Counted from the stretch's first letter, positions 18,271 through 29,361 are shown. The stretch is DNA of 64,000 nt from Candidatus Dormiibacterota bacterium (GCA_963718525.1 OY970355.1:1568001-1632000), one strand, 5' to 3'. Numbers and translations: made by a program. Notes: generated by a model not told the origin, from the letters alone.

Positions 18271-18322
18271 CGGGAGACCGTACGGTCGTTCGTAGGAATG
18301 CAGACAATCCAAGGGGTATGCG

Positions 18323-19612
<1,290 letters not shown>

Positions 19613-19614
19613 GC

Positions 19615-20202
19615 GTGAGTCGCCGAGCCGTGGCCCTGGCTGCCGGGGTCGTGGTGGTCTTCTTCGCGGTGACGCTGATCACGCTGACGCACGTCGTCAC
19701 CAATAGCGCTTCAGGCTGCTCGATCAGCGAGCCTGCACCGAGCCTGCCCGCCGCGCTGCGCTCGCTCGGTGGTTTCGACCAGTCATTCGACGCGAGCAAT
19801 CCGACTGAGCTCGCCCAGGTGGGACAGGCCGCGGCGGCCGCGGTGATCCCGAACCTCGACGGCGCGATCGCCGAGCGACCGGTGAACGTGACCGCGGCGG
19901 TGGTGGGACAACCGGCGGCGGTGGTTGTGCCGCTCACCGCCCAGGCGGCGTCGCCGGGAGGCATGCGCCTGGTCGGACTCGTGTCGTTCTACGTGGGCTG
20001 CGGCGGGCGGGCCTACTTCGGATCGGTCACCAGTGTTGCGTCGCCGGGGCCGTCGAACGCGCTGGCGTTCCCCACGGTGGGGGAGAGCGCAGCCGCGCAG
20101 CAGCTCGCCACATCGACCCCGCAACTCGTCTATACGACGTCGCCATTCATGCCCGAATGGCGCAATGCGCAATCCGGCGCGACCATCCCGGCCGGCGAGT
20201 GA
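19615..20202 (+). CDS. Membrane-anchored/secreted hypothetical protein
   Basis: N-terminal hydrophobic helix; starts 2 nt after the clpX stop. Confidence 0.7.
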   Translation: MSRRAVALAAGVVVVFFAVTLITLTHVVTNSASGCSISEPAPSLPAALRSLGGFDQSFDASNPTELAQVGQAAAAAVIPNLDGAIAERPVNVTAAVVGQPAAVVVPLTAQAASPGGMRLVGLVSFYVGCGGRAYFGSVTSVASPGPSNALAFPTVGESAAAQQLATSTPQLVYTTSPFMPEWRNAQSGATIPAGE

Positions 20203-20233
20203 CACCCGGTCGGCCCATATACTCAATCGCCCA

Positions 20234-22882
20234 ATGAACACGAATTTCGACTGGTCCAGCGTCGAACCGAAATGGCGCGAGCGCTGGAGCGAGCTCCGAG
20301 TCGGACATGCCGATGTCACGAGCACCAAGCCCGCATTCGTCATCGCGCTCCCGCCCCCGAACATCACGGGTGTTCTGCATATGGGGCACGCATCCACGTT
20401 CTCCATCCAAGACACCGTGTGTCGCGAGCGACGGATGCGCGGCTACGAGGTCGAATGGGCTCCGGGGACGGATCACGCTGCGATCGCCACCCAGAACGTC
20501 ATCGAACGCCAGCTCGCTGAGGAGGGTCTGACCAAGGAGGCACTGGGCAGGGCCGCGTTTCAGACGCGCGTCGACGCCTGGTACGAGGAATACGGCGGAC
20601 GGATCATCGAGCAGATGCGACGGATGGGATACACGTGCGACTGGGATCGCCTGCGCTTCACGCTCGATGACCAGTACGTCCGCGCCATCCGGCTGGTGTT
20701 CAAGACGCTCTTCGACGAGGGGCTCGTCTATCGCGGTCCGCGAATTGTCAACTGGTGTCCCTACTGCCACTCGGCGATCAGCGACGAGGAGATCGACTGG
20801 CGAGAGCAGACCGATACGCTCTACTACCTCAAGTATCCGGTCGAGGGTGGCCAGAGCATCACGGTCGCGACGGTGCGTCCGGAGACGATGCTCGGTGACA
20901 CGGGGGTCGCGGTCGCGCCGGGCGACTCACGCTACGCGTCGCTCCTCGGCAAGCACGTGACGCTGCCGCTCACCTGGCGGGTGGTGCCGATCTTTGCCGA
21001 CGAAGCGGTGCGACCCGAATTCGGCACCGGTGCGCTCAAGGTGACGCCGGGACATGATCCGACCGACTACGACATCGGGGCACGCCATTCGCTGCCCATC
21101 ATCAATGTCATCGCCCTCGATGGCACCATGGACGTGCCTGCACTTCCTCAATTCCATGGCATGCCGGTCGACGAGGCGCGGACGGCCGTGGCCGAGGCGC
21201 TTCGCGGACTGGGTGTGCTTGTCAAGGAAGAGCCGTATACGCACGAGGTTGGTCACTGCGACCGCAGCGGCACCGTGCTCGAGCCACTGGTCAGCGAGCA
21301 GTGGTGGGTTCGCATGGCGTCGCTTGCCGCTCCGGGCATCGGCGCCGTCGAAATCGGCGAGATCACCTTCCACCCCGCCCGGTACACCGACGTGTACCTG
21401 CACTGGATGCGCAATATCAAAGACTGGTGCATCAGCAGGCAGATCTGGCTGGGACACGCGATTCCGGTGTCGACATGCGGCAATGGGCATCGCTTCGCGT
21501 GGATCGACCCCCCAACCACGTGCCCGGAGTGCGGCGACACGGCCTTGACGGACGACCCCGATGTGCTCGACACCTGGTTCAGCAGTGGTCTCTGGCCGTT
21601 TGCAATCTTCGGCTGGCCCGAACCGACACCGGAGCTCGAGAGGTTCTACCCGACCGACCTTCTGGTCACGGGCCGCGACATCATCTTTCTCTGGGTCTCC
21701 CGGATGATCATGACCGGCATCAAATTCACCGGCCGGATCCCGTTCAGTGACGTGCTGATCACGAGCACGATCCAGGCGGCCGACGGCTCCCGCATGAGCA
21801 AGTCGAAGGGCAACACGGTTGATCCCCTTGACCTCGCGGACAAATACGGCGCCGACGCGGTGCGCGCATGGGCTGCCGCGGTGTCAACCAGCGTCCAGGA
21901 CATGCGCTTCGACGAGGACAGGATCGCCTCGTACCAGCGGTTTGCCAACAAGCTGTGGCAGGTGACCAGCGGATTCCTCGTCGCCAAGGTCGGCAGCGGG
22001 TCGATCGCCGATCTCGACGTGCATCCACCCAAGCCGGAAACGTTGCGTCCCGAGGACCGGTGGATGCTCGCCGAGCTTGCCGCGGCGGTGCGTGCGTGCG
22101 ACGCAGGCTTCACCGCGTACCGATTCCACGAAGCCGTCGACGCGCTGTACGACACCACCTGGCATTCGTTCTGCGACTGGTACGTCGAGATCATCAAGCT
22201 GCGCCTCGCGGATGCCGGCGAGCATGAGTCACGCCGCGCCGCCATATGGACCGCGGTCACAACGCTCGACGTGCTCCTGCGCCTGCTCCACCCGTTCATG
22301 CCGTTTGTGACCGAGGAATGCGCGCAGCAGCTCCCCAACGCCGCGCCCACACTGCAGCAGCGTTCGTGGCCCGCGGAGGATCCGCTGTGGAACGACGCCG
22401 AAACCACCGCCGCCCACGAGGAGATCGCCGAGGCGGTCGAGCTCGTGAAGCGGATCCGCGCGCTCGGCCACGGTCACAAGGTCCCGCGCGGCGCTCGCGA
22501 TCGGATTCGGATCGTGGTGCGCACCGCCGACCGCGGCGGCACGAGCAAGCACATCACGCGACTCATCGCGGGTCTCGTGCCGGCGACGGTGGTTGACAGC
22601 CACGAGCGCGGCGTCGATCCGGTGGTGGTTGTTTCAGGTAGGCTCCACGCCGAGGTGGTGATCGCCGACACCGCCGCCGACGCCAGTTCGACAGCACGTC
22701 AGATCGGCCTGCTCGAGGCAAACGTGTCGCGGCTCCAGGCTCAGCTCGCCAACCCGGCGTTCGTGAACGGGGCGCCGGCCCAGGTCGTGGACGAAGCGCG
22801 CCGGCGGCTCGCCGAGGCGACTGCGCAGCTGGAGCTGTTGCGCACCGGCCCCTCAGGAGGACGAATCGATGCTGCTGGTTGA
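20234..22882 (+). CDS. valS: Valine--tRNA ligase
   Basis: PPPNITGVLHMGH, DHAAIATQ, DWCISRQIWLGH, RMSKS, C-terminal coiled coil. Confidence 0.97.
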   Translation: MNTNFDWSSVEPKWRERWSELRVGHADVTSTKPAFVIALPPPNITGVLHMGHASTFSIQDTVCRERRMRGYEVEWAPGTDHAAIATQNVIERQLAEEGLTKEALGRAAFQTRVDAWYEEYGGRIIEQMRRMGYTCDWDRLRFTLDDQYVRAIRLVFKTLFDEGLVYRGPRIVNWCPYCHSAISDEEIDWREQTDTLYYLKYPVEGGQSITVATVRPETMLGDTGVAVAPGDSRYASLLGKHVTLPLTWRVVPIFADEAVRPEFGTGALKVTPGHDPTDYDIGARHSLPIINVIALDGTMDVPALPQFHGMPVDEARTAVAEALRGLGVLVKEEPYTHEVGHCDRSGTVLEPLVSEQWWVRMASLAAPGIGAVEIGEITFHPARYTDVYLHWMRNIKDWCISRQIWLGHAIPVSTCGNGHRFAWIDPPTTCPECGDTALTDDPDVLDTWFSSGLWPFAIFGWPEPTPELERFYPTDLLVTGRDIIFLWVSRMIMTGIKFTGRIPFSDVLITSTIQAADGSRMSKSKGNTVDPLDLADKYGADAVRAWAAAVSTSVQDMRFDEDRIASYQRFANKLWQVTSGFLVAKVGSGSIADLDVHPPKPETLRPEDRWMLAELAAAVRACDAGFTAYRFHEAVDALYDTTWHSFCDWYVEIIKLRLADAGEHESRRAAIWTAVTTLDVLLRLLHPFMPFVTEECAQQLPNAAPTLQQRSWPAEDPLWNDAETTAAHEEIAEAVELVKRIRALGHGHKVPRGARDRIRIVVRTADRGGTSKHITRLIAGLVPATVVDSHERGVDPVVVVSGRLHAEVVIADTAADASSTARQIGLLEANVSRLQAQLANPAFVNGAPAQVVDEARRRLAEATAQLELLRTGPSGGRIDAAG

Positions 22883-23336
22883 CCTGGGAACGCTGCTCAC
22901 GGGGATCGTGGTCGTCGTCGTCGCCTACCTGGTCGTCCTGTGGCTCGCCCTCGCCTTCTATGTGGTTCGCGACGCACGTCGGCGCACGACGTCACCGGGC
23001 TTCACGCTCTTCGCGATGCTGCTCGGCTTCGTGCCGCCATTCCTCGGTGCGCTCATCTATTTCATGGTGCGGCCGCCGCTCACCATGGAGCAGGTACGAT
23101 CGCTCGCCATCGAGGAGCAGGTGCTGCTCGAGCCCCCGGTCGAGGGGGTGCCCACCCGGCCGTGCCCGACCTGCGGACGGGAGATCGAGCAGGAGTTCAT
23201 CCTCTGCCCGTACTGCCGGACCCAGTTCGCCCGGCGCTGCACCGGGTGCGACCGCAGCCTCCGCCTCGGATGGGGGGTATGTCCGTACTGCGCCACAGAG
23301 GTCGGAGCGCCGGCGCTGGCCCGCACCGGGAGGTAG
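22869..23336 (+). CDS. Membrane protein with C-terminal double zinc ribbon
   Basis: Two TM segments (RDARRR...IY..RP) then CPTC, CPYC, CTGC, CPYC. Confidence 0.85.
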   Translation: MLLVDLGTLLTGIVVVVVAYLVVLWLALAFYVVRDARRRTTSPGFTLFAMLLGFVPPFLGALIYFMVRPPLTMEQVRSLAIEEQVLLEPPVEGVPTRPCPTCGREIEQEFILCPYCRTQFARRCTGCDRSLRLGWGVCPYCATEVGAPALARTGR

Positions 23337-23342
23337 CGTCCC

Positions 23343-25013
23343 ATGCTGGGCGGTGGGCTCCAGCTGGCGCTGATTCCCGCGCCGCTGATCGCTGCGGCGA
23401 TCGTTGTGTTCGCGCTCCGGCCCGATCAAGCGCGCGCCGCGCGGGCGGCCGCAGGGGCCGGCATCGCTGCAACCATCGCGCTCCTCGCTGTCGAGGTGGC
23501 GTTTCTCAACGGAAGCGGCCGCATCGAGGCATCGCTGGGGACGCCGGTGAGCGGTGTCGCGTACCTGCTCAGGCTGGATCTGCCCGGAGCGACGCTAGGC
23601 CTGGCCGCGGCTGCGGCCGGGCTGCTGCTCCTGCTCGAGAACGATCGCCGAACCCGCGAGGTGAGCGCGCTCCTGGTCTGCCTCACGGGCACGGTCGTCG
23701 CCGCGCTCGCCGGCAACGTGGTGATGCTCGCGGGCGGTGTTGAGATCGCCGGCGTCGGCACCCTGCTCATGACCAGCGCCGTCAGGGGTCGACCCGGGCG
23801 GGGCGGGCTCGTGGCGATCGCCATCGAACACCTCGCATCGCTCGGCCTGGTGGTTGCGGCCGTCCAGCTCCTCAGCGTCACCGGGACGACCAACCTCTCG
23901 GTGATCCCGGCCGGTGCCGTCGGAGCCTCGGTCGTCGGGCCGTGGGCGGCGGCGGGCGTTGTTCGCCTCCTCTCGCCATCGTTTGTTCCGATTCGCGCCA
24001 GCAGGATCCCTACTGCGGCGTGGGCCACGACCGGAGCGATCCCTTGCGGGGCGATCATCCTGCTCCGGCTTCGCGAGACTGCGGGCGGTCCGCTCTCCGA
24101 ACCGATGACGATCGGGCTGGCGGCCGTGGGCGGTGCCGCCGCGATCGCGGCGGTGATCGTGGCCCTCCGCCGTTCCGGCACGCCCGTGGTCGCGGGCCGC
24201 GCGCTCTGCGTGGTCGCCGCCGCCCCCGTGGTCGCACTCACCGGCGTCGCGGGGCCAGCCGCGAGCGCAGCGATCGCCGCCGGCATCTGCTCGGTGATGC
24301 TGGTCACGGCACTGACCCCGGCATGGGAGCACGTCGGTCGAGGGACAGGTGGGCGCGCCCTGGCATCATTCGCCCTCGGTGCCGCGGGGTCGCTGCCGAT
24401 CGGATTCGGCATCACCGCGCTCATCCTCGAGCTCTCGGCGGCGGTGTCGATCGGCCGGCCGGGAACAGCGCTCGTCGCCGCCCTGGGCACCGCCGGCATC
24501 CTCGGCGCCGCCGCTGCCGTCCAGGCCGCCGCGCGAATCCTCGTGTCGGACGGCGATGCCGGGAGCGACCGGTTCCCACCGGTCCTCGGGGCGGTCGCCG
24601 CCGCAGTCTCCCTCATCGCGGCCGTGGTGCCGGGAACGCTTGCGACCTCGGTGCTCGTGGCGCTTAACTCGGGCGGGCTCACGGAACCAATCGGGGCTGC
24701 CGCGATCCGAACCCAAGCCGGCGACTGGGCGGGCGGGTATGTCGTCGTCGCGTTCGTGATCGTCGCAGCCGGCGCGTGGGCGCTCGCAACCCTCGCCGGC
24801 TGGTCACCGGTGCCGTCACCAGCGGGCGAGCAGCTTCCGCCGACGGCGACGCGAGCCGTCCGGCTCGGCGTCGCACGCCGGCTCCACCCCGTCGCGGCTC
24901 GTGGCAACGCGTGGCTGCGTCAGACCGATGACTGGCTCGTGGTGCAACCCCAGCTCATCGTGGTCCTCGGAGGATCGATCCTGGCCATCGTGCTGCTCCA
25001 GCTGATCCACTGA
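23343..25013 (+). CDS. Degenerate antiporter-like membrane subunit (HyfB/NuoL/MrpD-like)
   Basis: LRLD, ALAGNVVMLAGGVEIA (TM5 Glu), EHLAS..TGTTNL, GSLPIGFG; very hydrophobic. Confidence 0.6.
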   Translation: MLGGGLQLALIPAPLIAAAIVVFALRPDQARAARAAAGAGIAATIALLAVEVAFLNGSGRIEASLGTPVSGVAYLLRLDLPGATLGLAAAAAGLLLLLENDRRTREVSALLVCLTGTVVAALAGNVVMLAGGVEIAGVGTLLMTSAVRGRPGRGGLVAIAIEHLASLGLVVAAVQLLSVTGTTNLSVIPAGAVGASVVGPWAAAGVVRLLSPSFVPIRASRIPTAAWATTGAIPCGAIILLRLRETAGGPLSEPMTIGLAAVGGAAAIAAVIVALRRSGTPVVAGRALCVVAAAPVVALTGVAGPAASAAIAAGICSVMLVTALTPAWEHVGRGTGGRALASFALGAAGSLPIGFGITALILELSAAVSIGRPGTALVAALGTAGILGAAAAVQAAARILVSDGDAGSDRFPPVLGAVAAAVSLIAAVVPGTLATSVLVALNSGGLTEPIGAAAIRTQAGDWAGGYVVVAFVIVAAGAWALATLAGWSPVPSPAGEQLPPTATRAVRLGVARRLHPVAARGNAWLRQTDDWLVVQPQLIVVLGGSILAIVLLQLIH

Positions 25014-25660
25014 TGGGCGTTTCGGCGCCGCTGCTCTCGGCCGCGGGCGTGCTTGGTGCGGTGGTCGCGATGATGGTGGACGGACGGCGAGCTGTCGCGC
25101 TCGCCGTGGTATTCGTGGCGGCAGGCCTGACGCCGACCGCCGCCACATTTGGCGGCGGCCCCGGGGTGGCGGTGCTCGGCGTGTCTGCCATCGCCGCGGT
25201 GGCGCTCGGCTGGGCGGGAGGGATGGGCGGGCGAGCGCTCCCCTGGCTGTCCCGGCTCGATCCGACCATCCCGGCCTTCGCGCCGGCGGACCGGCTCTTC
25301 GGTCCGCGCAGCAGCCGCGCCTTCGGAGCGGCCGCCGCGATCCCGGTTGCCTCGTGGGTGAGCTTCAATGTTCCGATCGGCCAGGTCACGGCGATCGAGG
25401 GACTGCTCTTTCCCATCGCGTACGCCTGGAGCTGCGGGGTCATCCGACTGCTGGTTGCCCGGACCCTCGAGGACCTCGCGGTGGGGGTGGCGATGGTGAG
25501 CATCGCCACGGGAACGGCGTGGCTACTGCGCAGCGGTACTGATTCATTTCCCGGGGCGGCGCTTGCCTGTGTCCTCGCACCGCTCTCCGCGTTGCTCGCC
25601 GGATGGCTGAACGGGCGCAGCTCGCGTCGCGCCCGCGAGCTCGCGGAGCGCGAGGCGTGA
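25013..25660 (+). CDS. Membrane protein, possibly HyfE-like (215 aa)
   Basis: About 6-7 TM segments; TGATG coupling; HyfE label rests on size and context only. Confidence 0.55.
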   Translation: MGVSAPLLSAAGVLGAVVAMMVDGRRAVALAVVFVAAGLTPTAATFGGGPGVAVLGVSAIAAVALGWAGGMGGRALPWLSRLDPTIPAFAPADRLFGPRSSRAFGAAAAIPVASWVSFNVPIGQVTAIEGLLFPIAYAWSCGVIRLLVARTLEDLAVGVAMVSIATGTAWLLRSGTDSFPGAALACVLAPLSALLAGWLNGRSSRRARELAEREA

Positions 25661-26898
25661 ATCCCCTCGTCATTGCCGCGGCATGGTTGGTCCTCGGGCT
25701 TGCGGCGCCGGTCCTGCTCCGCCGGCGAACGGCACGCCTGGTGGCGGTCGTGCCCCTGGTCGGCGCGGGATTGACGCTGGTGGCCGCGCGCTCCACGACG
25801 CCGGCGGTACCGCTCGGCGGCCTCAGCGGGATCAGTGGGCTCGACAGGGCCGGCCAGGGGGTGCTGATCCTCACGGGTCTCTCGATGGCACTGGTGATCC
25901 TGCTCCAGCCCTCGATCGACGTTTCGCTGGGACGAACGATCGGGGTGGTGGGGGCGGCCGCCACTGTCGTCATGGCGAGCAGTGACCCGCTGGTGACCGC
26001 CGTAGCCCTGACCGCGGCGATCGCGACCCTGGTCCTGCACTGGATCGGTCTCTCGCCCGGAAGAACCACGATGGCAGCCGGGCGCGTGGCCGGGACGGGG
26101 ACCGCCGCGCTGCTCGCAGCCTCTCCGTTTCTGCCCCTGACAGGCTTCACGACGGGAGATCGCCCAGTCGTGGTCGGCGCGTTGCTGGCCACCGGCACCG
26201 CCGCGCTGCTCGCCGTCTACCCACTCGGAGGCTGGGCGGCGGGGATCATCGGATCGCTCAAACCCCTGGACGTCGCCCCGTGGATGATCCTGCTCGTGCC
26301 GGTCGTGCTCCTCCTCGCCGAGCGAATTCCGGGTGGTGTGCTCGGCGATGGGAGCCCGGTCTTCGAGCACGTGCTGCTCGTGGTCGGGCTGGGCAGCGCC
26401 GTCTGGGGCGGCTTCTGGGCCGTGCGCGGCCCGGGCGCAACGCGCTACGGACGCGTGTTCATGGCCGATATCGCGCTCTGCGTCGCCGCGGTGGAAGGAG
26501 CGTCGGTGTCCCCTGCGCTGACCGGCGCCCTGATCATCCTGGTCACTCATCTGATCGTCGCGCCGATCCTGCTTCGATCCGATGAGGCGGGACTCCTGTG
26601 GGCGAGGAGGGTGGCGTGGGCATTGGTCAGTGGCGTCCCGCCGTCTCCGACCTTCTGGGGCCGCCTGCTGCTGCTCGAAGCCCTCGCCGCGGGGAATGTC
26701 GGATCGACGATTGCCGCGGTGGTCGCCATGGCGGCCATCTTCATCGCGGCGGTGCTGGCGAGCTCGACGAGGGTGCAGGGCAGGCGAGCGACCGGCTGGG
26801 GGCGCTCCGGTGACCTCGTCGCATGGTTGCTCGTCGCGGTCGGCATCGCCGCCGGCCTGGCGCCGCAGTCATTCACCGGGTTCGTGTTCGGACACTGA
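25657..26898 (+). CDS. Degenerate antiporter-like membrane subunit (HyfF/NuoM/N-like)
   Basis: GLD, LAVYPLGGW (PxHxW equivalent), SGVPPSPTFWGR (GxPPxxGFxxK equivalent), GLAP end; GTGA overlap. Confidence 0.6.
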   Translation: MNPLVIAAAWLVLGLAAPVLLRRRTARLVAVVPLVGAGLTLVAARSTTPAVPLGGLSGISGLDRAGQGVLILTGLSMALVILLQPSIDVSLGRTIGVVGAAATVVMASSDPLVTAVALTAAIATLVLHWIGLSPGRTTMAAGRVAGTGTAALLAASPFLPLTGFTTGDRPVVVGALLATGTAALLAVYPLGGWAAGIIGSLKPLDVAPWMILLVPVVLLLAERIPGGVLGDGSPVFEHVLLVVGLGSAVWGGFWAVRGPGATRYGRVFMADIALCVAAVEGASVSPALTGALIILVTHLIVAPILLRSDEAGLLWARRVAWALVSGVPPSPTFWGRLLLLEALAAGNVGSTIAAVVAMAAIFIAAVLASSTRVQGRRATGWGRSGDLVAWLLVAVGIAAGLAPQSFTGFVFGH

Positions 26899-26902
26899 GT
26901 CG

Positions 26903-27640
26903 ATGGACCCTCTCGGCCTGCTCCTCGAAGTCGTGGCCCTTGCGGCATATCCCGGCGGCCTCTTCCTGGGGGTCATGGCGTGGATCACGTATCGAGGAGC
27001 GGGGCTGGGGCGAGGCGCCGGGCTCGACCTGCGCGGCCTCCTCGCGATTGCCGCCGCGGTCGTTGCCGCAGCCATGGCGCCGTTGCCCGGGACACCGGCC
27101 GCGTCGCTCCCGCCGCCTGGTGGGGCAACGCCCAACCTGATCGCGGCGGTCATCCTCATCGTGGCCGCGTGCTCGCTGGTTGCTCCGCAGCCCTGGTCGT
27201 CGCGCCGCCGTGTGCTCGTGGCGTTTGGGGGCGTCGCGCTCGTTCTGCTGGGTCTCGTGGCCAGCTCGTTTTCCACCACAGCGATCTCTTCAACGACCGG
27301 CGCCGCGAGCGCCGCCGCCCGCATCGTCGCGGTGGTTGCCGTCCTCCTCGCGCTACCACTGGTGATCAAGCCGCATGCGGTCGCCGCATCCGGGGCAGCC
27401 AGAGCGACGGTCATCGCCGCAACGCTCGAGGTGGTGCTCGCCATCGTGATCCCGCCCGCACAGCAGTGGCCGGTGGCACCGCTCTGGGTCGTGGGCCTGG
27501 TCGCCGCGGTGGCGGTCTACGGGCTGCTGCTGCGACTTTGGCGAGCTGCCGTCCAGAGGGAGCACGCGTCCCTGGTCGCGGCCGCCTGGTTGTGCTCGGT
27601 CGCGGCATCGGTGACCACGGTGATCACCTCGCGCCCGTAA
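26903..27640 (+). CDS. Membrane protein, possibly NuoH/HyfC-like
   Basis: N-terminal AAYPGGLF, AMAPLPG; about 8 hydrophobic segments. Confidence 0.5.
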   Translation: MDPLGLLLEVVALAAYPGGLFLGVMAWITYRGAGLGRGAGLDLRGLLAIAAAVVAAAMAPLPGTPAASLPPPGGATPNLIAAVILIVAACSLVAPQPWSSRRRVLVAFGGVALVLLGLVASSFSTTAISSTTGAASAAARIVAVVAVLLALPLVIKPHAVAASGAARATVIAATLEVVLAIVIPPAQQWPVAPLWVVGLVAAVAVYGLLLRLWRAAVQREHASLVAAAWLCSVAASVTTVITSRP

Positions 27641-27749
27641 GGCGTTGTGCGCGAACGCCGACTGCATCAACTCGCGGCTGCATCGCGGTGCTAGCATGGA
27701 ACGTGAGTTGGCGCGAGATTTTGATGCGGCCGTTGCGCGCGTGACCGCC
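27641..27749 (+). other. Long imperfect stem-loop filling the intergenic space before maf
   Basis: CTGCATCAA/TTGATGCGG, CTCGCG/CGCGAG, TGCGCG-AACG/CGTT-G-CGCGCG and GGCG/CGCC pairings by eye. Confidence 0.45.
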
Positions 27750-27751
27750 AC

Positions 27752-28411
27752 GTGATTGGAATCGTTCTCGCGTCCAGGTCGCCTCGCCGTCGCGAGCTGC
27801 TGACCCGGGCGGGGATCCGTTTCCGGGTCATGGAGCCCCCCGAGGACGTTGCGCTGCCCGCAGGGGTCAGCGCGGAGCTGGCCGTGCAGCTGGTCGCTCG
27901 CCAGAAGGCCGTCGCCGTATGCAAGCTCGTGCCCGCCGGGACCTACGTCCTCAGCGCTGACACGATCGTTGTCGGGCCTCGCGGACCCCTCGGAAAACCG
28001 CAGACGCCGGAGATCGCCAGGCAAATGCTCAACGACCTGCGCGGCAAGCGCCACACAGTGCTCACCGGTGTCTGCGCGATGTGCACCGCGAGTGATCACG
28101 AGGCGCTCGGCGTCAGCCGGTCCGCGGTCAAGTTCTGCGACTTCTCTGACGACGCGCTCGACATGTACGTGGCTTCGGGCGAGCCCCTCGACCGTGCCGG
28201 CGCCTACGCGATCCAGGGCGGCGGCTCTGATTTCGTCGAGGCGGTGGCCGGACGGATCGACACGGTGATCGGTCTCGATGTCGGCCTGGCGCTGCGCCTT
28301 CTCGGTGAGATCGGTTACCCCGATCCGCTGCCGAGAACCACCGACATCATGCTGACGGCGCAGCGGCAGCGGCGTCCGCTTGCGCCGCTTCGCACCGCCA
28401 CCAGGGTCTGA
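27752..28411 (+). CDS. maf: Maf/YhdE family nucleotide pyrophosphatase
   Basis: IVLASRSPRRRELL, SADTIV, GKP, DRAGAYAIQG. Confidence 0.93.
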   Translation: MIGIVLASRSPRRRELLTRAGIRFRVMEPPEDVALPAGVSAELAVQLVARQKAVAVCKLVPAGTYVLSADTIVVGPRGPLGKPQTPEIARQMLNDLRGKRHTVLTGVCAMCTASDHEALGVSRSAVKFCDFSDDALDMYVASGEPLDRAGAYAIQGGGSDFVEAVAGRIDTVIGLDVGLALRLLGEIGYPDPLPRTTDIMLTAQRQRRPLAPLRTATRV

Positions 28412-28431
28412 CCGTTTCGCGGAGTGGAAAG

Positions 28432-29361
28432 GTGCGGGCATTGGCGTCGCACCTGACCGGCATCCTCGCGCTCTCGATACTGGCGCCCGTGGCGCTCTTC
28501 GTGACCGCGTGCAGCGGCGAGCCCGCGCAGCTTTCTGTGACGCTCGGCTCGACCTTCGGGGCTTCATACACGCCCGGGACGACCGATGCCGACTTCGTGG
28601 TGACCGTGCAGAACCTGGGTCCCGGCAACGCATCCGGCGTCGTCATCCATGCCTTGATGCCGGCGTCGTTTCAATATGCGGTCACGAACACGATCACCAC
28701 GTCCGGTGCGGCGCGGACCACACCGGAGGATGCGCAGGTCGGCGTCTCCAATCCACAGTGGGGTGTGTGGGCGCTCTCGTCGCCGACATCGCCGAACGGG
28801 CAGATCGTGTACGCATCGATAACGATCAACTTCACCGTCAACATCACCGCGCATCCCAACACGTACTCACTTGCGGCCGAGGTGGTGGATGACAGCCTCA
28901 CCGACACGGTGCAAAGCCATCCGATTCAGGTGGCAGTCAACGAAGCGCCGCAGCTCGCCGTGAGCGCATCGGTCGGCCCCACGACGGTCCATCCCAACGG
29001 TCAGGTCACCTATCGGGTCAACGTGACCAACAAAGGCACCGGGATCGCTCCCACCGTCGACGTGCTCGTGACCCTGCCTCCGGTGCTGCAGTACCAGTCG
29101 ACCATCCTGCCGTTCGGGGGGAACTCCTCACAGGAGTCGCTGATCTCCCCGGTGAAGGGTGCGTACCTGGTCTTCTACGGCGGCTTCGAGTTACCTCCGC
29201 AGACATCGCTGGGGCCGGGCACCCTCACGATCGAATTCATCGCGCAGTGCATCCCCAACCCCGGCAAGGGCGTGTTCCCGATTCAGGTTGCCGTGACCGA
29301 CGCGGCCCGCGACCAGGTGAGCGTCGCCAATGCGGCCCCGCTCAACGTCTTCAGCACCTAG
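28432..29361 (+). CDS. Lipoprotein with two DUF11-like Ig domains
   Basis: Lipobox VTAC; VTVQNLGP..ASGV and YRVNVTNKG..AP.V...LP repeats. Confidence 0.75.
   Translation: MRALASHLTGILALSILAPVALFVTACSGEPAQLSVTLGSTFGASYTPGTTDADFVVTVQNLGPGNASGVVIHALMPASFQYAVTNTITTSGAARTTPEDAQVGVSNPQWGVWALSSPTSPNGQIVYASITINFTVNITAHPNTYSLAAEVVDDSLTDTVQSHPIQVAVNEAPQLAVSASVGPTTVHPNGQVTYRVNVTNKGTGIAPTVDVLVTLPPVLQYQSTILPFGGNSSQESLISPVKGAYLVFYGGFELPPQTSLGPGTLTIEFIAQCIPNPGKGVFPIQVAVTDAARDQVSVANAAPLNVFST

Noticed and set aside
23343-27640. Canonical nuo, mrp or dab operon
   Set aside because: No Fe-S or NADH subunits, no MrpB/C/E/F/G-sized set and no DabA; conserved lysines appear lost
27641-27749. SRP RNA or 6S RNA
   Set aside because: No CAGG...GNRA...AGCA core on either strand; too short for a typical 6S
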